A model generated the notes under the pieces. The model did not search any database and had not been told where the DNA came from. It was given only the letters and a program-made list of their open reading frames with translations. A program made the translations under genes and the position numbers. Shown here piece by piece: positions 18,981-27,031 of a stretch of DNA of 64,000 nt (position 1 is the first letter of the stretch; each line of letters starts with the position of its first letter). The DNA comes from Capsulimonadaceae bacterium (lineage in GTDB: Bacteria; Armatimonadota; Armatimonadia; Armatimonadales; Capsulimonadaceae). The stretch lies in assembly GCA_965215505.1 (NCBI GenBank), contig OZ244065.1, positions 5,632,001-5,696,000 of the forward strand, read 5' to 3'.

Positions 18981-19327
18981 GCTTCATCGTTGAGACTTCG
19001 GACGTTGCCGAGGCTGAGATCGACGCGGCCTACTTCCGGCTCTCTGCCCGGAACCCTGAGTTCGCGGGCCGCTGGCTGGAAGGTATCTATCGCAAAATCG
19101 CTACGCTTGACACATTCCCAATGAGCCATGCCCGTGTCTCGGAGAGCGACGTTTTAGGTCGCGAGGTGCGGCGGATGCTCTACCGCAACGGGAGGACCGT
19201 CTACCGGATTTTGTTCACGCTGATGGACACCGATGGCGACGGTGAAGCCGACACGGTGCGCGTCCTGCGCGTCCTTCATGGGGCGCAGCAACCGCTCAGG
19301 CAGCGGAGTGACGAGGACGACAGATGA
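18977..19327 (+). CDS. RelE/ParE family toxin
   Basis: AEAEIDAAY, LDTFP, YRILF, VRVLRVLHGAQ. Confidence 0.85.
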   Translation: MSFIVETSDVAEAEIDAAYFRLSARNPEFAGRWLEGIYRKIATLDTFPMSHARVSESDVLGREVRRMLYRNGRTVYRILFTLMDTDGDGEADTVRVLRVLHGAQQPLRQRSDEDDR

Positions 19328-19803
19328 CCGCCGTCTATCCCGGCAGCTTTGACCCCGTGACCAGCGGGCACTACGACATCATCGTCCGGGCGGCGGGGAT
19401 GTTCGAGACGCTTACCGTGCTGGTGGCCGCGAACTCCGCCAAGTCCCCGCTGTTCACGGCGGAGGAGCGGGTGGCCCTGCTGCGGCAGTCCTGCGCCGCC
19501 CTGCCCAACGTCAGGGTCGAGATGCTGCCGCCCACGCTGCTGGTGCAGTATGTGGCGCAGAACGGCGCGAAGGTCATCGTCAAGGGCCTGCGGGCCGTCT
19601 CGGACTTCGAATACGAGTTCCAGATGGCGCTGCTCAACCGGCACCTGGAGCCGGGCGTCGAGACGATCTTTTTGATGACGGCAGCGGAACACTCGTACCT
19701 GTCGTCCAGCATCGTGAAAGAGATCGCGCGTTTGGGCGGTGACATCGCCGGGCTGGTCCCCGAAGTCGTCCGGTCCGCGCTGGAACAAAAGTTCGGCCGG
19801 TGA
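19324..19803 (+). CDS. coaD: Phosphopantetheine adenylyltransferase
   Basis: AVYPGSFDPVTSGH, KGLRAVSDFEYE, SSSIVKE. Confidence 0.97.
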   Translation: MTAVYPGSFDPVTSGHYDIIVRAAGMFETLTVLVAANSAKSPLFTAEERVALLRQSCAALPNVRVEMLPPTLLVQYVAQNGAKVIVKGLRAVSDFEYEFQMALLNRHLEPGVETIFLMTAAEHSYLSSSIVKEIARLGGDIAGLVPEVVRSALEQKFGR

Positions 19804-19900
19804 CGAGAGTTTTGGCCGGTAAGGGCCAGTCGCAGATAACCACAACCGAAACCTTACCAATGAAACACAAAAAAGGAACGGCCCGATAAAGGGGGACACA

Positions 19901-20575
19901 ATGGACATCATCAAACTGCTGAATGAGCTGGAACGGCTGATCGAGGGGCAGAAGACCTTCGTCGGCTTCACCTACGACTTCCACTCCGACGACTATCTGG
20001 ACATCACCAACAAGATCCGCGCCTCGCTGCCCGAGGAAGTCAAGCGCGCCAGCCGCCTGACAGCGGAGAGTGACAAGATCGTGGACGGCGCGCGCGAGGC
20101 CGCCGAGCAGACCCTGGAAGACGCCACGGTGGAGGCCGACGAGATCGTCCGCGAGTCGCGCATCAACGCCGAAAGGATGCTGCGCGAGGCCGAGGCGCAG
20201 GCCAACAAGATGACGCTGTCCGCCGAGGCGACCGCCAAGCAGGGCGTCGAGGACGCACGCCAGCGGGCGGAGAAGATGCTGGCCGACGCCCACCAGCAGT
20301 CCGAGATGATGGTCAGCCAGAGCGAGGTCGTCCGGCTCGCCACCGCCCAGGCCCGCGAGATCGTTGCCGCCGCCGAGTACGAGACGCAGTCGCTCCGGCA
20401 CGGGGCCGACGAGTACGCGCACGGCGTCATGACCGACCTGGAGAAGCAGGTGGGCGAGCTGATGGCGACTATACAGCGCGGGCGGGTAAAACTCGACCAG
20501 CGCGTCGCCGTCGCCGGCCCGCCCCACGTTGCCAACGGGAACGGCCGCGCGCCGGAAATGGCCGCGCGCCGCTGA
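19901..20575 (+). CDS. DivIVA/SepIVA-like coiled-coil protein
   Basis: IRASLPEEVKRA, AREAAEQ-type heptads, GADEYA; typical coaD-X-yceD position. Confidence 0.7.
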   Translation: MDIIKLLNELERLIEGQKTFVGFTYDFHSDDYLDITNKIRASLPEEVKRASRLTAESDKIVDGAREAAEQTLEDATVEADEIVRESRINAERMLREAEAQANKMTLSAEATAKQGVEDARQRAEKMLADAHQQSEMMVSQSEVVRLATAQAREIVAAAEYETQSLRHGADEYAHGVMTDLEKQVGELMATIQRGRVKLDQRVAVAGPPHVANGNGRAPEMAARR

Positions 20576-20588
20576 AGCCCCCGGCGGC

Positions 20589-20736
20589 TTGATTTTTCCC
20601 GTTTTTGTGGTAGAATAGGGGGCGGCTTTGACTGTCCTGCGCTCCGCGCCGCCTGGCCCGTGCCGGAGGGGGAAGGGCGGGCGTAGCCGCAAGAGGAAGG
20701 CCGAGGGCCAAGTGCCGAGGAGTAGAGGCCGCCGCC
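20589..20736 (+). promoter_or_regulatory. Promoter and structured 5' leader of yceD-rpmF-plsX-fab
   Basis: TTGATT-N16-TAGAAT (20589-20616) with TG extension; 20621-20633 is complementary to 20721-20733. Confidence 0.55.
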
Positions 20737-21243
20737 ATGCTGCGCTATGATCTGACGGAACTGTTGCGGACCCCTGGGATGCGGCAGGTTTTTGAAATCC
20801 ACGAGGCCCCCTATACCGACGAAGACGTGGAGTACGTCGCGCCGGTCGTCGGGCGCGTCGTCGTCACCAATACTGGGACGATGGTCCTGGTGCGCGGCCC
20901 GATAGACACGGTGATCGCGCTCGAGTGCAGCCGCTGCCTCGACCCGGTCCGCGCCCCGATCCACGCGGACCTGGAAGAAGAGTTCGACCTCAACGTCGTC
21001 GAAGAAGGCATCCGCCACGACAAGGACGTGCAGGTGGTCGAGGAGGAGGTGGGCCGCGTGTTCGAGGGGAAGACCCTCCAGCTCGACGTACTCATCCGGC
21101 AGGCCGCCCTGCTGAACGCGCCGCTCCAGCCGCTCTGCCGGGAGAACTGTCCGGGCATACCCGTACAAGAGACTCAGGACCCTGACGAGGAGGCGGTGAA
21201 GAACTCGCCCTTCCATGCGCTGGGTCAACTGTTAAAAGAATAA
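20737..21243 (+). CDS. yceD: DUF177/YceD family protein
   Basis: ECSRCLDP, PLCRENCPG; upstream of rpmF. Confidence 0.9.
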   Translation: MLRYDLTELLRTPGMRQVFEIHEAPYTDEDVEYVAPVVGRVVVTNTGTMVLVRGPIDTVIALECSRCLDPVRAPIHADLEEEFDLNVVEEGIRHDKDVQVVEEEVGRVFEGKTLQLDVLIRQAALLNAPLQPLCRENCPGIPVQETQDPDEEAVKNSPFHALGQLLKE

Positions 21244-21280
21244 ATTTCGTTCCATAATTTCGTTCCGAGGAGACCGTTCC

Positions 21281-21511
21281 ATGCCACTGCCGAAGCGACG
21301 CCATTCCAACCAGCGCACCCGCAAGCGCCGTACTCACTATAAGCTCACCCCGCCGACCCTGGCGCGCACGAGCGTCTGCCCCATCGCGTCACAGCGCGGC
21401 GGCTGCCCCGTCTTCCAGTACCGCCTGGACCACCACGCCTGCCCCGAGTGCGGCTTCTACGACGGCAAACAGGCGGTCGTAATCAAAGAAAAAGCGACCG
21501 CTGAAGAGTAA
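21281..21511 (+). CDS. rpmF: 50S ribosomal protein L32
   Basis: MPLPKRRHSNQRTRKRRTH...HHACPECGFYDGK. Confidence 0.95.
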   Translation: MPLPKRRHSNQRTRKRRTHYKLTPPTLARTSVCPIASQRGGCPVFQYRLDHHACPECGFYDGKQAVVIKEKATAEE

Positions 21512-22555
21512 ATGATGCCCATGAAGATCGCGGTTGACGCGATGGGCGGCGACCACGCCCCCGCCGAAGTCATCAAAGGGGCGCTCCAGGTGGCGCGCGA
21601 TTCGGCGGGAGTGCAGATCGTCCTGGTCGGCGACGAGGCCGCCATCCGGGCCGTGCTGGACACCCAGGAAGGTGTCCCCGACAGTGTGACCGTCCGTCAC
21701 GCCTCTCAGGCGGTCGCCATGGGCGAACACCCCGTTCAGGCGACGCGGCGCAAGCGGGATTCTTCCCTGGTCGTCGCGGGCATGATGGTCAAGAACGGCG
21801 AGGCTGACGCGACATTCAGCGCCGGCAATACCGGTGCGGCGATGGCGATCGCGACGCTCGACATCGGGCGCATCCCCGGCATCGAGCGCCCCGCCATCGG
21901 CACCAGCATCCCGACCATCCAGGGCCAGGCGCTTCTCGTGGATGCCGGTGCGAACGTGGACTGTTCGCCGCGCAACCTGCTCCAGTTCGCCCTCCTCGGG
22001 GCGATCTACGCGGAGCGCGTCCTGAAGGTGCCGAACCCCAAGGTCGGCCTGCTGAACATCGGCGCGGAGGAGGGCAAGGGCAACGACCTGACCAAAGAGG
22101 CATTCCGCCTCCTCAGGGCCACCTCGCTCAACTTTTTCGGCAATGTCGAGGGCAAGGACGTCTTCGAACACGCGGTTGATGTGGTGATCTGTGACGGCTT
22201 CGCCGGGAACGTGTTGCTTAAGAGCGGCGAAGGCATGGCCGAAATGGTCTTCGACCTGATGCAGCGCGAGATCAACATGCAGCGCGAGGCCAGCACGGAC
22301 CCGCTCGTCGCTGAGGCGCTCGACCTGTTCACGCCGATCCTGCGCCGCGTGACCCAGCGTGTCCACTACTCCGAGTTCGGCGGCGCACCCCTCCTGGGTG
22401 CCAACGGTGCCTCGTTCATCGCCCACGGCCGCTCCAACGCCAAGGCAATCGCCGGCGGGCTGCGTACCGCCATAACGGCTGCGGGCAGCGGCTACGTCCA
22501 GGCCATCCGTGAGGCGCTCCCCGGTCTAGAGGGCAAGGCTGAAGGCAAGGCATGA
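21512..22555 (+). CDS. plsX: Phosphate acyltransferase
   Basis: IAVDAMGGDHAP, SAGNTGA, DAGANVD, CDGFAGN, HGRS. Confidence 0.97.
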   Translation: MMPMKIAVDAMGGDHAPAEVIKGALQVARDSAGVQIVLVGDEAAIRAVLDTQEGVPDSVTVRHASQAVAMGEHPVQATRRKRDSSLVVAGMMVKNGEADATFSAGNTGAAMAIATLDIGRIPGIERPAIGTSIPTIQGQALLVDAGANVDCSPRNLLQFALLGAIYAERVLKVPNPKVGLLNIGAEEGKGNDLTKEAFRLLRATSLNFFGNVEGKDVFEHAVDVVICDGFAGNVLLKSGEGMAEMVFDLMQREINMQREASTDPLVAEALDLFTPILRRVTQRVHYSEFGGAPLLGANGASFIAHGRSNAKAIAGGLRTAITAAGSGYVQAIREALPGLEGKAEGKA

Positions 22556-23541
22556 CTCAGACGACCCCGCTGCGCCGTGCCGGCATCCTCGGCACCGGCT
22601 CCTTCGTGCCGCCCAAAGTCGTCACCAATGATGACCTCGCCGCCCGCATGGACACCACGGACGAGTGGATCGCCAGCCGGACCGGGATACGCTCCCGCCA
22701 CATCGTCGAGCCTGGCGTCCTGACTTCCGATCTCGCCGCCGCCGCCGCCCGGAATGCTCTGGCCGGTTCGGGCCTGACGGCCTCCGACCTGGATCTGATC
22801 ATCGTCGCCAGTTCCACGCCCGACTATCCCGGCTCTTTTCCCTCGACGGCGACGGTCGTTCAGGCAAGCCTCGGCGCGGCCAATGCCGCCGCCTTCGACC
22901 TGGGCGCGGTCTGCTCAGGCTTCGCTTATGCGCTGCATGTCGCCGCCCAGATGGTCGCGACGGGAGCCAACCGCCACGTTTTGGTCATCGGGGCTGAGAC
23001 GTTCTCGCGGGTCCTGAACTGGGACGACCGCAGCACCGCCGTCCTGTTCGGCGACGGCGCGGGGGCGGTCATCGTCGGCGAGGTGCCGGAGGGCGGTTAC
23101 CTCGGCGGCGTCCTGGGCGCGGACGGGGTGGGCGGCGAGCTGCTGTGCATCACGCGCAGCGGGGAATGCCCCGGCACGATCTACCAGAATGGCCGTGAGG
23201 TCTACAAGTTCGCCGTGCAGATCATGGGCGAAGTCGCGCTCAAAGCCGTCGAGGCCGCCGGCCTGACGCCCACAGACATTGACTTGCTGATCCCGCACCA
23301 GGCCAACATCCGAATCATCGAGAAGGCCGCCGAGCGTATGGGGCTGCCGCGCGAGAAAGTCGTCGTCAACCTGGACCGCTACGGCAACACCTCCGCCGCT
23401 TCCATCCCGCTCGCGCTGGACGAGGCCGCTCGGGCGGGGCGGCTCCAGCCCGGCAGCCTGCTCGTCCTCGTCGGATTCGGGGCGGGCCTGACCTGGGGCG
23501 CGAACGTCATCCGCTGGTCCGGTAACACCATCAATGGCTAA
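22552..23541 (+). CDS. fabH: 3-oxoacyl-ACP synthase III
   Basis: AVCSGF, LFGDGAGA, PHQANIRI, GNTSAAS, GFGAGLTW. Confidence 0.97.
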   Translation: MTQTTPLRRAGILGTGSFVPPKVVTNDDLAARMDTTDEWIASRTGIRSRHIVEPGVLTSDLAAAAARNALAGSGLTASDLDLIIVASSTPDYPGSFPSTATVVQASLGAANAAAFDLGAVCSGFAYALHVAAQMVATGANRHVLVIGAETFSRVLNWDDRSTAVLFGDGAGAVIVGEVPEGGYLGGVLGADGVGGELLCITRSGECPGTIYQNGREVYKFAVQIMGEVALKAVEAAGLTPTDIDLLIPHQANIRIIEKAAERMGLPREKVVVNLDRYGNTSAASIPLALDEAARAGRLQPGSLLVLVGFGAGLTWGANVIRWSGNTING

Positions 23542-24499
23542 AATCGCCTACATTTTCCCCGGTCAGGGGTCACAGGCCGTCGGCATGGGGCAGAACCTGT
23601 GCGCGCACTCCCCCGCCGCACTGGCCGCCTTTGACGAGGCGGACTCGCTCATCGGGACCAAGCTGAGTACGCTCTGCTTCTACGGTCCGGAGGAGTCGCT
23701 GCGCCAGACCACTTACACGCAGCCCGCCCTCTACGTCACGTCCGTCGCCGCCCTGCGCGCCTTGCGGGAGGCCGGGGCCGCCCCGCCCGAGGCCTTCGCG
23801 GGCCACTCCGTGGGCGAATACGCCGCCCTTTTTGCGGCGGGGGGCTTTGACTTTGAAACCGGCCTGCGCCTCGTCGAGCGTCGCGCGCAGGAGATGCACC
23901 GGGCGACGCTCGCGCGCCCCGGCGCGATGGCCGCCGTCCTGGGCCTGACCGGGCCGGAAGTGGCGGCGGCCTGCGCCGAGGCCGAGGCGGGCGGCGCGGG
24001 CGCGGTCCAGCCCGCGAACTTCAACGGCGGCGGCCAGGTTGTGATCTCGGGCAGCCCCGAAGGCGTCGCCCGCGCGTCGGAAATTGCGAAAACGAACGGC
24101 GCGCGGCGGGTCCTGCCGCTGGCTGTCTCCGGCGCATTCCATTCGCCTCTGATGGCACCCGCCGTGGAGGCCATGTCTTACGCCCTTGCCGACGCCGCGA
24201 TTCTTGACACAACCCTGCCCGTGGTCGCAAACCTCTCGGCGGAGTACGAAACCCGGCCGGACGAGATCCGGGCCAGCCTGGCCGCACAGATAGATCACCC
24301 GGTCCGGTGGGAAGAAAGCATCGCGCGGCTTATCGCCGACGGTTTTGACACCTTCGTCGAGGTCGGGGCGGGGACCGTGCTGACCGGCCTGATGAAGCGG
24401 ATCGCGCCGGACGTGCGCGCCTTCAGCGTCGGCGACAGTGCCGGCGTGAAAGCGTTCGTGGAGGCAGTGGGCGCGAAAAATCCGCCCGCCGGGTCTTGA
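23534..24499 (+). CDS. fabD: Malonyl-CoA:ACP transacylase
   Basis: FPGQGSQ, TQPAL, GHSVGEY, VSGAFHS, PVRW. Confidence 0.97.
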   Translation: MAKIAYIFPGQGSQAVGMGQNLCAHSPAALAAFDEADSLIGTKLSTLCFYGPEESLRQTTYTQPALYVTSVAALRALREAGAAPPEAFAGHSVGEYAALFAAGGFDFETGLRLVERRAQEMHRATLARPGAMAAVLGLTGPEVAAACAEAEAGGAGAVQPANFNGGGQVVISGSPEGVARASEIAKTNGARRVLPLAVSGAFHSPLMAPAVEAMSYALADAAILDTTLPVVANLSAEYETRPDEIRASLAAQIDHPVRWEESIARLIADGFDTFVEVGAGTVLTGLMKRIAPDVRAFSVGDSAGVKAFVEAVGAKNPPAGS

Positions 24500-24524
24500 C
24501 AACACGGGGCGGTTTGGATATAGT
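24496..24524 (+). promoter_or_regulatory. Sigma70-type promoter of acpP
   Basis: TTGACA-N17-TATAGT. Confidence 0.7.
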
Positions 24525-24636
24525 AGAGGGCAGCGCCGGGACGACCCGAGACGGGCCGCTGCCCCAGCCGGCCGTCAGGCGAAATCTTTAAACGAATCAT
24601 TGCACAAGAACAGGGAAGCCTGAGGAGGAAGAAAAC

Positions 24637-24870
24637 ATGTCGACTTTTGATCGAGTCAAAAAAGTGGTGGTGGAACAGCTAGAGGTGGCCGAAGACGAGG
24701 TCACCCCGCAGGCGTCCTTCGTGGACGATCTGGGGGCCGACTCCCTGGACGTCGTCGAGCTGGTGATGGGCCTCGAAGAAGAATTCGATGTCGAGATTCC
24801 GGACGAGGACGCCGAGAAGATCACCACCGTTCAGGAAGCGGTGAGCTACATAGACGACAAATCCAAATAG
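24637..24870 (+). CDS. acpP: Acyl carrier protein
   Basis: [24 protein letters not shown]. Confidence 0.98.
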   Translation: MSTFDRVKKVVVEQLEVAEDEVTPQASFVDDLGADSLDVVELVMGLEEEFDVEIPDEDAEKITTVQEAVSYIDDKSK

Positions 24871-24939
24871 CGCCCTCCTCACGATGGCCCGCTGCACCGC
24901 GCGGCGGGCTTTCGCTTTCTCAAGCTTTCTTCTTATCCT

Positions 24940-26199
24940 ATGATGACTATGGCGAATGACCGACGAGTAGTGGTGACCGGGCTGGGGGCGATCACGCCGC
25001 TCGGCACCGGGGCGGAACAGTATTGGCAGGCGCTCCTGGCCGGCCGGAGCGGCGTCAGCCCCGTGCAGGGCTTCGACTGCTCCGCCATCGCGACGCGGAT
25101 CGCCGCCCAGGTCAAGGACTTCCGTGCCGAGGACTATCTGGACCGGAAGGAGGCGAAGCGCATGGACCGCTTCGCCCAGTTCGCCGCCGCCGCCTCCAAG
25201 ATGGCCGTCGCCGACGCCGCCCTACCGATCAGTGACGAGACGCGCGCCCGCGTCGGCGTCTTCATCGGCAGCGGCATCGGCGGCATCGCGACCTTCGAAG
25301 ACCAGCACCGGAAGATGATGGAGGGCGGGCTTGGCCGCGTCAGCCCCTTCTTCATCCCCATGATGATCGCCAACATGGGGACGGGCAACGTCGCCAAGAT
25401 GCTTGGCGCACAGGGGCCGAGCGAAACCGCCGTGACCGCCTGCGCCACGAGTACCAACTCCATCGGCGACGCCTACCTCGTCATCAAGCGCGGCGAGGCC
25501 GACGCGACGGTCGCGGGCGGGGCCGAGGCCGCCGTCGTCCCGATCTCCATGGCCGGCTTCTCCAACATGAAGGCCATGACCACCCGCAACGACGACCCCG
25601 AACACGCCTCCCGGCCCTTCGACGTGGGCCGCGACGGCTTCATCCTGGGCGAAGGCAGCGGCATCCTCGTCCTGGAAGAACTCGAAGCCGCCCGGTCGCG
25701 CGGCGCGACTATCTACGCCGAGGTCATCGGCTACGGCATGAGCAACGACGCCTACGACATGGTCCACCCCGCCCCCGAGGGGGCCGGGGCCGCCCGCGCC
25801 ATGACGGCCGCCCTGAAGAGCGCCTGCATCCCTGCCGACGCCGTCGGCTACATCAACGCCCACGGCACCAGCACGCCGGCCGGCGATGTCCTGGAAGTGC
25901 AGGCCATCAAGAGCGTCTTCGGGGCGCACGCCCGCCGCCTTGCCGTCTCCTCCACCAAGTCCATGACCGGCCACCTGCTCGGCGCGGCCGGGGCCATCGA
26001 GGCTATCGCGACCGTTCTGGCCTTGCAGCGCGGCATCCTGCCGCCGACCATGAACCTCGAAGCCCCCGACCCCGAGTGTGACCTGGACTTCGTCCCCAAC
26101 AAGGCCCGCGAGCAGCAGGTGGAAGTCGCCGTCTCCAACTCCTTTGGCTTCGGCGGTCACAACGCCACCCTCGTCTTCAGGCGCTGGTCCGGCGAGTAA
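24940..26199 (+). CDS. fabF: 3-oxoacyl-ACP synthase II (start may be 24949)
   Basis: RVVVTGLG, TACAT, NAHGTST, KSMTGHLLGAAG, SNSFGFGGHN. Confidence 0.97.
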   Translation: MMTMANDRRVVVTGLGAITPLGTGAEQYWQALLAGRSGVSPVQGFDCSAIATRIAAQVKDFRAEDYLDRKEAKRMDRFAQFAAAASKMAVADAALPISDETRARVGVFIGSGIGGIATFEDQHRKMMEGGLGRVSPFFIPMMIANMGTGNVAKMLGAQGPSETAVTACATSTNSIGDAYLVIKRGEADATVAGGAEAAVVPISMAGFSNMKAMTTRNDDPEHASRPFDVGRDGFILGEGSGILVLEELEAARSRGATIYAEVIGYGMSNDAYDMVHPAPEGAGAARAMTAALKSACIPADAVGYINAHGTSTPAGDVLEVQAIKSVFGAHARRLAVSSTKSMTGHLLGAAGAIEAIATVLALQRGILPPTMNLEAPDPECDLDFVPNKAREQQVEVAVSNSFGFGGHNATLVFRRWSGE

Positions 26200-26227
26200 C
26201 ATCTGTTGCAGCCGAGGGGGGAGGGCG

Positions 26228-26869
26228 ATAAAAAAGTACATCCTATTCGATCATGATGGTGTGCTGGTTGATACCGAGTTCTGGTATTTCAGAGCCGCAG
26301 AGCGCGCCCTGGCGGACATCGGCTTCGCTCTGGACAAGCAGCAATACCTCCGGGACATGACGCTGGGGTTGGGCAGTTGGGTCCAAGTCAGGGCGGCTGG
26401 GATTGATGAGCAGGCGCTCAGTACGCGGCGTGCGGCTCGTGATGCCTACTACCAGGAATATCTGAGAACCGAGGCCATCGAGATCGAAGGCGTCGTCGAG
26501 GCGCTTGCGGAACTGTCGAGATACGCCCGCATGGCCATCGTGACTAGTGCAAAGCGTGTGGATTTTGAGATCATCCATGAAAAGCGCCAAATCCGACAAT
26601 TCATGGATTTCGTCCTCGTTCGCGACGACTACGAGTTCGCCAAGCCGCACCCGGAACCATACCTGACCGGCCTGACCCGCTTCGGAGCCGGCAAAGAAGA
26701 GGCGCTGGTGGTAGAGGATTCAGCCAGGGGGCTGGGCTCAGCCGTGGCGGCCGGTATCGACTGTGTCATTGTCTATAACGACTTCACGAAAGCGCACGAC
26801 TTCTCACAAGCCAGCTATCGGATCGACACTCTGATTGGGTTGAAGGACATCATCCTGACTGTGAGCTGA
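26228..26869 (+). CDS. HAD-superfamily (IA) phosphatase; apparent ATA start codon
   Basis: (I)KKYILFDHDGVLVDTE, IVTS, KPHPEPY, VEDSARG; G-rich RBS before ATA; no in-frame ATG/GTG/TTG between the fabF stop and motif I. Confidence 0.8.
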   Translation: MKKYILFDHDGVLVDTEFWYFRAAERALADIGFALDKQQYLRDMTLGLGSWVQVRAAGIDEQALSTRRAARDAYYQEYLRTEAIEIEGVVEALAELSRYARMAIVTSAKRVDFEIIHEKRQIRQFMDFVLVRDDYEFAKPHPEPYLTGLTRFGAGKEEALVVEDSARGLGSAVAAGIDCVIVYNDFTKAHDFSQASYRIDTLIGLKDIILTVS

Positions 26870-27031
26870 GGAGCATCTATCAGCGTATGCACGCGCCTCC
26901 GAAAGCGAAAGACGACGGCTCAGACCCGAATCAGCCGTGTATGCTTGATTATCCGCGTCCCTTTCTGTTTCTCCTCTCTAGCCTCTTTGGCTTCGGTCGG
27001 TTATAGCGCCACTGAGAAAGCCACTACTTCC

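Noticed and set aside
20617-20736. yceD leader as SRP RNA, 6S RNA or T-box
   Set aside because: Lacks the SRP domain IV motif and the T-box sequence, and is too short for 6S.
24499-24637. Missing fabG between fabD and acpP
   Set aside because: No remnant is visible, and relocation of fabG is common.
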